A DNA stretch of 63,672 nt, filler included, from Octopus bimaculoides (GCF_001194135.2; 4 parts of 4 records of this genome joined end to end with filler, not necessarily neighbours in it), one strand, 5' to 3'; positions 1 through 13,575 are shown, numbered from the whole stretch's first letter. Notes: a model not told the origin generated them from the letters alone. A program made the numbers and translations.

Positions 1-1146
1 TGGTGTAGAAAACAAACAAATGTATTAGCATAACGCTCGGGAATTGAAAAAGTTTTTAAAGTTTCGAGCCTATGCACTTCCACAGAAAGGAGCACAGAAA
101 GAAACAACGAGAGAAACAAGGAGAGAAAAAAATGTGTGTAGTGGTTAGCGATCTATCATGGCGAATGCTGGACAGAAGGATCACACAGGGGAGATAACAA
201 AGTAGTAGTGATCCCAAAACGAAGGTGTGCGTGTATAAGAGGGTATGTATGTGCGTGTGAAAGAGGGCTGGTGATCTTGACGTGTGCGTGTGTGTATGTG
301 TAGGTGTGAAAATGTGGGGATGGGAATTGGTCAGTACTGGTGTGTGCGTGGTGGTGTGTTGCGATGTGATGTGTTGTGTGGTATGGTGTAGTGTGGTGTG
401 GTGTGATGGTGTTGGGAGGTTGGGGTAGGGAAGGTGAGAGTGGGGAAATCACCGGTGGAGCGGGGGTTAGGCTGAGGGTGGGGTAGAGGTGGGGTATGTG
501 GGTAGGCAGAGGGTGGGGTATGTGGAAGAGGGTGTAAAGGATGGGATGGGGTAGGATGGGAACAATNNNNNNNNNNNNNNNNNNNNNNNNNNNNNNNNNN
601 NNNNNNNNNNNNNNNNNNNNNNNNNNNNNNNNNNNNNNNNNNNNNNNNNNNNNNNNNNNNNNNNNNNNNNNNNNNNNNNNNNNNNNNNNNNNNNNNNNNN
701 NNNNNNNNNNNNNNNNNNNNNNNNNNNNNNNNNNNNNNNNNNNNNNNNNNNNNNNNNNNNNNNNNNNNNNNNNNNNNNNNNNNNNNNNNNNNNNNNNNNN
801 NNNNNNNNNNNNNNNNNNNNNNNNNNNNNNNNNNNNNNNNNNNNNNNNNNNNNNNNNNNNNNNNNNNNNNNNNNNNNNNNNNNNNNNNNNNNNNNNNNNN
901 NNNNNNNNNNNNNNNNNNNNNNNNNNNNNNNNNNNNNNNNNNNNNNNNNNNNNNNNNNNNNNNNNNNNNNNNNNNNNNNNNNNNNNNNNNNNNNNNNNNN
1001 NNNNNNNNNNNNNNNNNNNNNNNNNNNNNNNNGGATGTTTCGGAGGTGTTTTGCAAACCGGTCAGCCAAGCGGCGTCCCGTTTGTCCGATATACAAAGAA
1101 TGGCAGAGAGAGCAAGAGATGCAATAGATGATATTAGTAGAAGTGC

Positions 1147-1150
<4 letters not shown>
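1..1150 (-). mobile_element. Penelope-like retroelement 3' fragment (GIY-YIG endonuclease, G/T-rich tail, terminal hammerhead remnant); interrupted by a gap at 567-1032
   Basis: 1033-1150 (-) translates CTSTNIIYCISCSLCHSLYIGQTGRRLADRFAKHLRNI, the PLE GIY-YIG signature (IYxIxC..C...YIGQTGR.L..RF.EH). A degenerate CUGANGA...GAAAC motif lies downstream on the same strand at 54-89. The upstream end stops at a (CA)n tract and no RT is visible. Confidence 0.85.
54..89 (-). ncRNA. Degenerate minimal hammerhead ribozyme remnant
   Basis: The minus strand reads ctgtgga-a-gtgc-atag-gctc-gaaac-ttt. This differs from CUGANGA..stem II..GAAAC-GUH by two core substitutions and one stem mismatch. Confidence 0.5.

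Positions 1151-1186
<36 letters not shown>
1149..1186. repeat. (GT)n microsatellite
   Basis: Direct observation. Confidence 0.95.
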
Positions 1187-1187
<1 letters not shown>

Positions 1188-3295
1188 GCGCGCACGCGCA
1201 TCAAAGCTTTCAGAAATGTCTAATTATTTGGAATTTTCTGCAAATCTACCGTTACATCAAAATTTTAAATGATGCACATAAATTTTTACTCAGTCGCTCT
1301 GGAGAAATCTTCCATAATTTTCAATTGCATCAAAATATTTTGCACGTATTAAATCGAGGGCATAATTTAGTTTTGTGCGTGCTCTATCGGATAACATTTG
1401 CATGCAGGTGTGAATAAAGCTGGTGCGATTTTGAACATGCAGATGTACGACATGTACAGTCATGTTATATAAGCGCGTTCAGTTTTATCTCGACAATTCA
1501 TTTATTTGCAGTTTCTTCAAAATTCCGTCTATTTTCAATCGATACAAGTTTTTGAGTACATATATAACACTGAGAGGTTATGGACTATTAAAGAGGTGTT
1601 GAAAGTTTTACGCACGTTCTATTGTAAACAAAACTGAAAAGACGTCATATTGAGAATAATTTTATCATTTTGGTTCATTAGCAATCGAAATTTCTACATC
1701 TGCGTTCACTAAATTAAAGGTTGCGTGCATGTATAAGCGTGACAAATTTTCCTTGCATAGTCAGAAAAATGAAATTTCGCATATGTACATTCTTTTAATA
1801 TATGTTAATAGCAAAATTACAACGAATGCACTGTTTGACATTTCAACCTTTTCTTCTATGCTAAGTTGCAGTGAAATAGTCACGTATGTTCATTCTTGTC
1901 AGTACGTAGTACTGACAAGAATAAAATATCATCGAAAAGTTTACCTTTGATTATTTTCAAAAGTAGTAGGAAGTAATAGCAATGTTATGTATTAGATTAT
2001 CTTCAAAGAAAAGAAACTTGAATACAGGTATAAAAGAAAATTTTTTGAAACAGCAACACACGACCCACACTTCAACCTATGTTCACTTATTTTGTCAATA
2101 TCTGTTTTTGAAGGCAAAACCTCGATGCTCGCAGGAAAGCGTAGGTTCACAATAGTCACTTTTAGCAGAGGTTTAAACAAATAGAATCCTTCAAGCAAGT
2201 ACAGCAAAATCCCTGTAAGCCATAGTATCAGTAAGAAGAATAAAGTAGACAGGTTGATTTCTTTACATAATCTAACATTGCCACCCTAAAGTTGCAATAA
2301 ACAGGATTTCAACAGAAAGAAATTCAAAATTAATGTGTGCAGTTGATGGGTGTATTACGTCAGATGAATATTTACGCCAATGGCTAGAATATTTTAAATG
2401 TTTTAATCAAAGTTTCCAAAAGAAATATTTGTAACGTATGGAGCCTTGATTGAAAATATTATTTGGATTAGAATCTATGAAATTGCATGCATCTGCTATT
2501 CAGATTTTGATTATGTTGAATTTTATTCATCCTTGAAGTATTCACGTCTGATTGATTGTCGTCTGTACAAATACCTGGAATTATATTCAGTGGTGTAGAT
2601 TTTACGGTACGTTCGTGACAAAATTCAGCAAGGAAAATGTGTTAATTCATTTAATGATATAAATTCCTTCTCTAGGGTAAATTTGGATTTAAAACTGCAG
2701 ATTTTGAGTATGCCTTTTAACCATAGTATCATAATGTTGATTTCCAAGTCCCTCACTTACTTTCAATATATGAAACCACGCATTCTCTAACCAAATTGAA
2801 TACAAACTGAATATCAAGAATCAACCATCCTCTAGTATAGATTCTTTAAAATATGCTACACACTAGAAAGGAAATTATTTTCAAGCAAAATCAATCATAT
2901 ATTCTCACTTGCAATACAAATTCACAAACATAGCATCATTATTTCTTTTGCTGTAATTTTCATTTGCTTTTCTATCGCAATCGCCCATGAGATACATGTG
3001 TAAAGAATGCCTAAGAGATGTTGTGAAGCGTGAGTACAGCGAGCTTCATCCAACATTAGGAAGAAATAGTTGCTATACATCACTAAGAATTTCATCTACA
3101 GTAGTACGTATTTTACCTTCACTCTTCCACCCCAGTTCCAAATCCATTGTAAACTCTACACATAATCCTTTCTCTTGTAATAAATCTCTGCTCATACATT
3201 CCCTTTACGAGCTGAAGTTGAATATCAATCTCGACAATCTAAGAAAACTGAGACACGAGCTCTCTCCTTTGGACTATAAATTAATAAAAAAAAAG

Positions 3296-3505
3296 TATAT
3301 ACATGTGTGTATGTGTAAGTATGTGTGCGTGTGTGTGCGTGTGTGTGTGCGTGTGTGTGTGCGCGCACGCACCCCCGTGTGTGTGTAGATGCACGATCGT
3401 GTGTGTTGTGCACGCGCGCCCGTGTGTATGTAAGTATGTTTGCATACATGTATGCAAGAATATGTATGTATGCATGTATGTATGCATGTATGTATGCATA
3501 CATGC
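3296..3505. repeat. Compound (TG)n/(TGCG)n/(TATG)n microsatellite
   Basis: Direct observation. Confidence 0.9.
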
Positions 3506-4244
3506 ATAAATAAGTTCTGGCTTCAATCATGTGATGGAATCAGCTTTGAGAAAGTTATTATAAATATCTGCTTGTAATAAATTATATATGAAACCGTTCC
3601 TGCTTTCTGATGCATTTGTTAATATATCAGTGCGCATTTATAATGTAAATTACATTGCTGCGCTGAATTAACCTAGGACCTTGCTAGAATTCAATATATA
3701 ATCTATATAATCAACATAATTTCCTTTTTAATTTTATTTTACTTGTCATGGTTTTTGTTGTTTTAGTTATTTTTATGTATAACAGAGAGAAAACTTATTA
3801 AAACGGCTAAATTTGTGAGATAATTTGTTTAGCGTTTTTTTTGCCCCAATCAAGTTGTCAATAGAAATCCATTTCAAATATCAGGAATTTGTGATAGTTC
3901 AACATGTGAATAATAATGAGACTGTCGTCATGGAAATACATTTTCGAGATTGACTATCTGTCTATGTGATTTCTATGTATAATTGTCCTTCTTTTGAAAG
4001 CGATCGTTGTACATGGAATGGAAATTTCCAACTGGTCAAAACACCAAGATAAAATCTATTAGCGGTGATTTGCTTGTTCGTATCCGTCCCCTTTACGAAA
4101 AACATTCAACATTCAATAAATTAGATCACAAAGCTGTAAAAAAACATGAACAACAAGAAATATAACTGATTCTCAATATGAACATATTTAATTAATAAAT
4201 AAATTTTCAGTGCTAATCTGAAATTCTATGTAAGACATGACATG

Positions 4245-4800
4245 GACAGCCACAACAGAGCCTACAAAACTGTTATGATGGTCTTTGGGTATGTCTCCAG
4301 TGAGGGTGACGTCATGCTGCCCTACATCTTCGAACAGGGCCTTAGGCTCGATTCAGATGGCTCTGTGAAGCTGCTGGGAACTGTAGTCAAACGGATGGTT
4401 GCTGTTGGAAGGCCATGTGTGTGTCAGATATATTCTGTTCTGTGTCATACCTCTAGAAAGAATCAGAAGTGGTTGACGGAGAATTTCTGCCCCAATTTCT
4501 GGCCTACTAATTCCCCCGATTGTAATCTTATGGATTACTATATGTGAACACAGTTGAGAAAAACAACAATCGCTTTGCCTACAACACCAAGGCCGAGCTG
4601 ATAGCTAGCACCATGGAGTCGTTCGAAGATCTTCCAAGGGACACAATGAGGAATGCATACGCCAGATTCCGGAGCCGTTTTGAGGCTGTGTAGGAAGCTG
4701 AGGGCGGCTACATTGAGTAAACTGTTATTTCCTAACTTTTGGATGAGATACTGTGTTTTCTTTTCCTTTTATGCAAACTGTCAAATTTAGTCCGAACGTC
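4245..4800 (+). mobile_element. Tc1/mariner superfamily transposase remnant, maT(DD37D)-like C-terminal half (pseudogene)
   Basis: VMMVFGYVSSEGDVMLPYIF...GRPCV..HTSRKNQKWLTENF..WPTNSPDCNLMDYY, then FRSRFEAV*EAEGGYIE* (TAA 4718-4720). The WPxNSPDxNPMDY motif with terminal D is typical of maT/mariner-like elements. Stops and frameshifts are present. Confidence 0.85.
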
Positions 4801-5951
4801 CACTAAATCTTCAAGGTTTGATGCTTGATGAAAAATGCAGACTTCTCGCTGGAAATGCATTACGTTAAATAACTATTCTATAAATATTCTGAAGTTTCTA
4901 GCAATTAGAATAATAAGTTTAGAAATCAGTAATCCATCCTGATGTTGCGGCTACTACGTTTTTTGTGGTTATTGCTGTCATTGTTGTGATTTAACCCATT
5001 AATTAAGTTGAACCTGATCGAACAAACCTAGTTTTTCAAGCATAGAGTTTTCTCCCTCTTTTTAAGATGGCACTATGATTTGGAGGTGATTTAGCTGCTT
5101 TTTTTAACAAATCGAAAGTCTACTTAAAAGCTTTCTAACTGGCCAAACAAGAATAGCAAGTAATGTATCGGTTAATCAATGGCCTATCATCCATCTCAGA
5201 TGCTGTATTATTCATTAATTAAATACTTTTAGCCTTCACTAAATAAGTCTGTCAAACTGTAAATATGTGAGGAAAACATATCTGGAATAGGTTAACAATA
5301 ACAAGATAATAATTGAAAATTTGTTACATTGTAGTTTCTGTCCTCAACTATTCACGTGATCTGGTCACGTAACTAATAGCATCAACAACACTCAATGACT
5401 TACAATCTGTCCGTTTATTAGCGCATAGATTTTAGTACGGCGAAAGAGGAAGTTTCTTTCTGATATAGTTACGATGCACTTAGGTTAAAAACAAAGAGAT
5501 TCAGAGACAAGCATAAGTGAACTAGCAGATTCAAAGCTGGAATTTTCTACGGAGCTCACCAAGTTAATGCATAGTGTGTTACAAAAGCATCGAAGCAACT
5601 CAGGAAAAGATCCATCCCGTCACTATTCTGAGTTTCTCTTTGCTGACCGACTGTATGTATGTATGTATGCATGTATGTATGTATGTATGTATGTTCTATT
5701 TTGTTTTCAATTATTTGAAGTGTTCCTGCAAAAAAGGAACTGTTTTCTTACAAAAGTGCAAAGTTGCATCGTTGGAATGTAGATAACAAAGAAATTTACA
5801 TCGTTAAACTTGAGAAGAGTCTTACGTGTTTTTACCGATCCGCTTACTGATTGTATTTGTAATGTGCGAATTATCTGGTTGATTTCTTTATCCGAAAACC
5901 CTAGCTAATCCAGTTTGTCATTTAGGCATTTACTGTATGTATGTATGTGAA

Positions 5952-6283
5952 GGCGCATGGCTCAGTGATTAGAGCGTCGAGCTTACGATCGTGAGCTTGT
6001 GAGTTCGATTCCCTGACCGGGCTGCTTGTTGTGTTCTTGAGCAAGACACTTTATTTCACGTTGCTGCAGTTCGCTCAGCTGTAGAAATGGGCTGCGACGT
6101 CACAGGTGCCAAGCTATATCGGCCTTTGCCTTTCTTTTGGATAACATCGGTGACGTGGAGAGGGGACGCCGGTATGCATGGGCCACTGCTAGTCTCTCAT
6201 AAAAACAACCTTGCCCGGGCTTGTGCCTCGGAGGGTAACTTTCTAGGTGCAATCCCATGGTCATTCGTGACCGAAGGGGGTCA
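5952..6283 (+). mobile_element. tRNA-derived SINE, family A (near full length)
   Basis: A-box-like TGGCTCAGTGATT and B-box GAGTTCGATTCC in the head. A homologous copy lies in opposite orientation at 45298-45623. Confidence 0.9.
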
Positions 6284-6882
6284 CACTTTCACACAGTGTA
6301 TGTATGCCATGGGTATGACTTGAAACTGCATCCTGAAGTGGAGCCCTGGTTCGAAGATTCCTGGGTTTGAGGAGTGTGAAACCACCTCTTAGCTATTATT
6401 ATTCCCAGGTCTTCTTTGATTCGTAACAGTAGCACCTGCTAGAGACCCAGTCATTGGTTAACAATCATATGTGGTGACAATCCATGTGAGGATGGGGACG
6501 CAGAAATATCCTAGGTTGATGTCAAGTCACACAGTAAACAATGGGAATGAGGACCCCAAACTGTTGACACTGATATAAAACCTGCGATTTTATATGTTTA
6601 TCGGTCATCTTGCTTCCTCCTACCACTTGATACTAATCACAGAGACTCACATAGTGACACTCATGCTGTACAAGCGTTTAATTCAGTGACGTACAAATGG
6701 TAACATTATTTGTCATTCCCTTTACTGAAAGTTTTATGCCAATGGAGAAGTTGCGATGTATGCAGACCTAACCAGTTTGAAGCATATGATACAAATTTCG
6801 TCTGACACTTATGCTCCAACGGATTTCGATGGCCATTTGAGAGAATCAACTCTGAAGATGGAACAATCAGCATGTATTCATT

Positions 6883-6885
<3 letters not shown>

Positions 6886-6914
<29 letters not shown>

Positions 6915-6939
6915 TGTATGTATGTATTATAAATGTATG

Positions 6940-6995
<56 letters not shown>

Positions 6996-7075
6996 CACTA
7001 GAAGGCAAAGACTTCCTCAGTGGCTGAAAAAGCCGGTAGTTAGCTTATATAGACAGGCAGACAGGCAGCCATGGG

Positions 7076-7129
<54 letters not shown>

Positions 7130-7225
7130 CAGATAGACGTGTGTACGTATGTGTGTATGTATGTATGTATGTATGTGTGTATGTATGTATGTATGTATGT
7201 ATGTATGTATGTATGTATGTGTATG
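6886..7225. repeat. Compound (TATG)n, (TG)n, (GATA)n microsatellite cluster
   Basis: Direct observation. Confidence 0.9.
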
Positions 7226-8252
7226 TTATTTCTGGTATTCCATACAGAATTGATATTCCTTTTATATTCTTGAACAAAACATTGAGAACATCAATGTAAG
7301 CGACGTAAAATAATTACGCTGTTATGTTATAATGTATACACGGCTTCAAAAGAATATGAAAGAAGAATCTTCACAATTAATATGTATCCATTAACTCCTG
7401 TATCAAAGTGTGTTATTACGAACGTAAATCATGTTCACTTGTAATAATTGAGAAATATTGTTCCCGAAGATTCTGAGATTTTTCAGTTTCGATGATTATC
7501 AGAAATTCATATATTTGTCTTCTTATACAAAACTGTACGCAATAAACGTTACGTATCTATTTAATAGCTTTCTGGACAGTAATATTGTGGAAATTTTGTT
7601 TTCGAAACATATCCTACAATGTTAGAATTGCAAGTGCCACAACATTACAATACATTTTTAAACGGGTACTGGATTATTCGTGGATCAATTTTGCTGGTCA
7701 AAAAATTATAGGTTTTAAAAGCAAAGAATGTTGATAACTAAATGAAATTTAAGAATTGGATGTCTTCTACCGACCAAAGTTTAAGTTGTCATATAGATAA
7801 CTGATCTTAGAAAAACGACATTATTAGTTTAAATGGAAGACTAAAGAAGTATCAATCTACATAGTCAGTCCATATGATCAATCTACATGATTAAGTCGGT
7901 AGAAAATATTTGTAAATTTAAACTTTTTTGATATCATTTGATTAGTTATGACCGGTGAGAGACTGAGACAGAATGTATTACTGTATTTGGTGTGAGTAAC
8001 TAATTATATTCCATCAATTGATTTTAGTATTTGATGCCTTACAATGCAACAAACACCTCTCATGGTGTTTCTACGGTTATGGTTTATCATTTAAGTAGAG
8101 AATATAATATTCGATGCAGAATTTGTCGCCAAATAAAACATATGCAAAAGAAATTTCAAGACGTTATCGTTTTTTTTTTTTTTTCGGCAATGAAATACAT
8201 TAAAGACATCAAACGGTACGTGGAGTTTTATAATCCAAGTGTAAACATGTGC

Positions 8253-8287
<35 letters not shown>

Positions 8288-9262
8288 TGTGTGTGTCTGT
8301 GTGTGTGTAAGGAGATAAACTGATAATAATATAATCAAAATGTTTCTTACTTAATGAAAAATTGAATCATAAACATTTCCTGTTTCTTTTATCATTCATA
8401 ATGGCTCATTTAACCATGTAATGGTTGCCATCCTCGTAATCTAGTTTCATGTTAGAATAAAAAGTGCTTCCTTATGCAAATGCATAAAGACATTATTAAT
8501 TGGCTATATAAGTTTATATCAGTCTCGAACAGCCTTCTAGATTTCACGTTCGCTTGGTTTTTGTCATATGTTCCTGAAAGATGAAAAGATATGCATATTT
8601 CAGTGCAATGTGGTAACATATGCGAAAGAACACAAGTTTTCTTAAAGAAATATATTTTGTTAGAAAAGCTTATATCTGATACTAATGAATTCGATAAATC
8701 ACGATTATTTTCTAGTTCTTCCTCTACATTCAATCATTTTTTTTTTTTATTTTACTAGAAAATAAATATACCATAGTACAGAAATGCATCAACTAAAACA
8801 ATTGACTTGTAACTTTGACATAAGACCGCAAATTTCAGTGAAGTCATAAATTCTGTCAGGCAGAGTTCAATCGAATGTGAATAGAATTAAGTATGTAAAA
8901 GAACCTGACTAAATAGAGTAAAGCAGTTTGTTCTGTGCAATGCTTATTCTAATATCCACTAGTGAAACACTGCTACGTTTCTTCTAACATATAAAAATTT
9001 AATATTTGTACAAAGTCTAAAATTTCAGCTCGACCTCTGTATTTCACTGCTAGTATATATTATCAATCTCGAACGAACAGCACGTATATTTACATGCAAA
9101 CACAGCATGTACGTATGTATATATNNNNNNNNNNNNNNNNNNNNNNNNNNNNNNNNNNNNNNNNNNNNNNNNNNNNNNNNNNNNNNNNNNNNNNNNNNNN
9201 NNNNNNNNNNNNNNNNNNNNNNNNNNNNNNNNNNNNNNNNNNNNNNNATATATACATATATA

Positions 9263-9282
9263 CACTTCCTCGACTTACGACC
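9263..9282 (+). mobile_element. Isolated Tigger-like terminal inverted repeat
   Basis: TA|CACTTCCTCGACTTACGACC resembles the TIR at 25365-25387 (reverse complement CACCGTCTCCTCGAATTACGACC) and is preceded by TA. Confidence 0.5.
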
Positions 9283-9717
9283 GACAAAACTTCCCTCTCT
9301 GTTCTCACCTTCTTTTTCCAGTGATACTTGAAAAAGTTGATGAGAGGTTGGCCAGAGAGGTAAGAGTTTGTGTGTAAACCTTTCAAACGAGTCCATCATA
9401 CACATTCTTTCGCCATAGTGACCAGTACAATGAAAACTGCCTTGCCTTCCCGGTTAAAGGAAGGTGGAGGGGCAATATTCACGATAGACTCGGCTGACAA
9501 CCGAATTCAGCCCGCGTTTGAAAGCAGCCGTTCGACATAGGCCCACAGGTCTGAAATGTTTGGACATTGCACGAGTGCGAGGAGAACGGTTTCGGCGTTC
9601 TGACCGCATCTCGAGCAGGTCTTGGGCCGAAAGTGGTCCTGAAAATGTGAGTCAGATATTCCTCGTCGACGCCCAGGTTCTCCCCAAGAACGTCGTCGCA
9701 CCTTCTCCACCCCACTA

Positions 9718-9775
<58 letters not shown>

Positions 9776-9955
9776 CCGGTTGAGTTTCTACCAATCTTCC
9801 TCACCAGACACCAGGACGGAATAACGAAATGTTGGTTCAACGACTATCTAGCAATAGCATGGGCTCTCAGAAATTCCGGGTTGGTATCCAGCGTGCTGGA
9901 AGATTACTGGGAGTGAGGCACTGCTCACCTTTTGTTATAGTATGCCTCTAGGAGA
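9283..9955 (-). mobile_element. Tx1/L1-clade LINE ORF2 3' fragment (zf-RVT region), interrupted by (GATA)n at 9718-9775
   Basis: DDVLGENLGVDEEYLTHIFRTTFGPRP, CSRCGQNAETVLLALVQCPNISDLWAYVERLLS and FFKYHWKKKVRTEREVLS. Homologous to the C-terminus at 11322-11741. Confidence 0.85.
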
Positions 9956-10708
9956 AGGTCACTCCAGTATAAAAAGAGGTGTATAGGAAATAGCATTGGA
10001 TATTTTGAGAATCTTTTGCTTGCGCTTGAGATTATGACGCTCCCTTATTTTAGAGTTTGCAACCTATATTGGCACAGATTATCTTGCTTTAGTTTGTCTC
10101 TGGAACTTGTCAGTAGAGTGAAGAGGATCTGCGAGGTGTTGTGCAAGCCTAGGGCCTAAAATTTTAGGTTGCGCAGTCAAATGCGAGGGAACTTTCTAGT
10201 GTCAGGTCGAGTAGGAGGACCCGAAGCAAACATGAAAGCCGTGGCATGATCCAGGAATGGAACTGAGCGCAGTTGCAATAATCTTATGCAAAGGCATTGA
10301 TAACATTTTGCAAGGGAAATGGTCAGTGATGGTCTTCTTCAGTCACGACAGACAGATAGATATAAACATCACGTCTCATCCTTTTCGTCCATTTATGCTT
10401 GGTAGGGTCGAGGGGTCAGAGTCATCAAGCATGCCTTTCATCGGATCCTCTCAGAAGCAACCGTCTCCGATTATCTTGCTGACGTTCTAAGAATTTAGAA
10501 ACTTCGAGAGAACAAGGTATAATTATTGTTTGAAACGGTGAAATTTGAAGCAGATAAAGCTATAAATAAGTGCGTGTCAGTATCAATTTTAAAAAGCCGT
10601 TTGGATACAAAAGCCCCAAGACTGTAACACACGCGCGCGTGCTCATTCACATACAAACATATACATACACATGTATACATAAACATACAGGTGTGTAAAA
10701 ATATAAAC

Positions 10709-10756
<48 letters not shown>

Positions 10757-10769
10757 GTGTGTATGTATG

Positions 10770-10803
<34 letters not shown>

Positions 10804-11239
10804 TGTATGTATGTATGTATAAGCATATATATAAATACATATTTATATAGAGATATTATTTCTAAATCTCTGAAAGAGAAACATTCAGTAACAGTACTTT
10901 AAAGAAAACGGCTATTTACCAACATAATATGGCTGTCCTGGAAGGGACAACGTGACTGTTGTTTTAGCCCCAAGAAACATCGCTTCTATCTGACTATAAG
11001 ACACAATATCTGTGTCCTTATATTTTCGAACAGGGAGTTCAGCAACATTTATGGAATAGTTTCTGGCTTATTGCTCTTTATCAACACAGAGTAGCTGCTT
11101 CGCCAGATGAATATTTTATTACGATAATAAATATCACATAAAGATTGGACAATACAGGACGATACACACAAATGTTGTTATAATGAGTTCGAGTATGACT
11201 TATGGTTTAAAAATTTTGATGATATGTATATAATATATT

Positions 11240-13140
11240 TTACATTACTTTTTACTTTGGAGGATTATACCCAGTTGCCTGAAAGGCCCAGCAGCTATCC
11301 CTTTCCTTTTCCCAATGACGATTAAGTAGGGTTACTTACACCCACCTTTCTTATCACAGCCTTCCATCTTTTCTCAAACACGCTTCGCGACAGAATCCTC
11401 CTCTCCAGCCCTATCTTGCACTTCAGATGGTATCTGAAGTATAGTAACAGACCAGGGCCGGAGATGAAGGATCCCATCACAGGTCCTTGCATTCTAGTCC
11501 TCCATACACACTCTTTCATCACTGCAACTGTACAGAGAAAACATGCCTCATCTTCCTTTGTGAGTCTGGTTGGCGTTACAATCTCTATTATAGATTCAGC
11601 CGATAGCTGTGCTCCACCCAGAGGCGACAATACGTGTTCCACGTAAATTATCAAGCCTGACAGCTTCCGACAGTGTACAAGAGCGTGCAGGACGGTTTCC
11701 TCGTCCAACCCACATCTTGTACATGTTGATGGCACTGACATTCCGTGCCTGGGTTACTTCTCGCGAACAGGTAAAGCGTTCCTATAACACTACCAGGTCA
11801 GGGATTTTGGTAATTATCCAAATATCCTTGCCTGAAAGTTTTTGAAACAGGTTGTTAAGTTGGTTCTCATCGAACACCAGTGCCCCTCCTAGGACGTCAT
11901 CACTCTAGCTGCAGAGCCAGATTCCATAGCCTCGTCTAAATTCTTAACTAGTTCCCTTTCTAATCTAGATCTATCTAAACTTAGCTGATTGATAAATCTA
12001 ATAGACTCTAAACGAATGGCTCTCTTGAGGGCGTGCCACCATCTATTATTAATGATAGCGTCACATAGTGCCCTCTGTACTAAATCCTTAATCTGAGCAC
12101 AGAAAGTTTCACAAGTCAAAATAGACTTGTTCATTTTCCAGTACCCGGGTCCCTGTCTATGACATTTACCTATATCTACCTCACACACCGCAAATTTGTG
12201 ATCCATGTAAGGTACAATACAAAATTGTGGACAATTAAAAGTATCCCTATCTCTTTCTCTAACGAATACCCTGTCTATAATAGATGTGTGAGCCGTCGTT
12301 ATTACTCCACGTCCACTGTGGAACACTCGGCTCATCCAGTCTGTAACAGTCTACTAGATTATAGCTCTCTAGTAGACCCTTGAGGCCAGGATTTCCCCTC
12401 CTATCAGTCGTGCATCGAGGATAGTGATAAAGTCTCCATACAGAACTACTGTTTTTCTCGTCACTAGAAAGTGCTCTAGGTCTCGATAAAAACCAGACTG
12501 CCTACACTCCTTAGGAGCATAGACAGCTACCAACCTGAAGGATTGTTTACTCTCGTAGGTCACATCTAGGACGACCAGCCTACCTTCTGGGTCCAGAAAG
12601 ACTGTACTTACCTCTAAGTCCAAGGTCTTCCTGAGTAGGACCACCAAGCCCCCTCCTCCTCGTCGGCCAGAAGAAATATATTTCTCATAGCCATCCAGAA
12701 GAGGCGAGTTGCAATTGCTACATCTATATCTTGTGATCTGAGATCGTTCAGGAAACAATCTTGTTTCCATTTCGACCCCAGCCCACGCACATTTATGCAC
12801 CCTTGCTTAATCGACATGTTGAAAATTTTATGAAAAGGGTTACTTACATTTTCAATTTGGGGAGGGGCTGCACAAATTCGCCTACCTCCCCATCCTTTTC
12901 TTTATTTGGTGTAGCCGCTGGGCTTTTCCTTGGAGTGCCCACCGGGCTTACAGTCAGTTTATCCTCCGCCACTTCAGCGCTGACATCTCTTATATCTTCC
13001 GGGTATCTTGCTTTCATATCTGAAAATAACTTTTCGTCTATTTTCGCGAATCTTATGTATGTCTATGCGTCTTTTATTAGTTTGTATACTCGTGCCTTAT
13101 GGTGTGATCTGTTAATCCTCGTCATCACCTGACTTGGACA
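11240..13140 (-). mobile_element. Tx1/L1-clade LINE: ORF1 C-terminal remnant, APE endonuclease and C-terminal zinc finger, with the RT domain internally deleted
   Basis: ORF2 starts at ATG 12817: MSIKQGCINVRGL...GRLVVLDV...RLVAVYAP...LYGDF...IDRVFV...DHK...GPGYWKMN (APE motifs). At ~11885 it jumps to LVFDENQLNNLF..CYRNALPVREK and CTRCGLDEETVLHALVHC...FEKRWK. An ORF1-like tail ends ~30 nt upstream of the ORF2 ATG. Frameshifts and stops are present. Confidence 0.9.
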
Positions 13141-13419
13141 GTATGTACTTGATCATCATACATTAGTCTAATCCTCATACAGAAATTATCACCCACGGCT
13201 GAACGGAATGTCAATAAAATTAATCTACAACGTGTATGAATGTGTTAAAGCCTGCGTGAACACTCAATATGTCAATATTAGATCAAAATATATTGGGAAA
13301 ATATTACATAATACCTTTAAGAAAAACGTTTTTAGATCAGTGAATAATTTACACTTACTTGATGAGCAGTCTATCAGCGTTATGAAGAAGTATATTGTTT
13401 GGCAAGTATATTGTTTGCC

Positions 13420-13523
13420 AATGTAGTCAACAAGGCCAGCAATTTTGGGAGTAGTAAGTCGATAATATCGACCCCAGCGCTCAGCTGGTACCCCTAATTT
13501 ATACATTTCTCTATGTATGTACA

Positions 13524-13575
<52 letters not shown>

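Noticed and set aside
3020-3240. Minus-strand protein-like words (MSRDLLQEKGLCVEFTMDLELGWKSE-G|GTAAAA)
   Set aside because: No recognisable family, and no consistent acceptor and frame.
5952-6020. tRNA-like sequences with A/B boxes (also 21984, 37669, 45560, 45903)
   Set aside because: They are SINE heads followed by SINE bodies, with no complete cloverleaf or acceptor stem.
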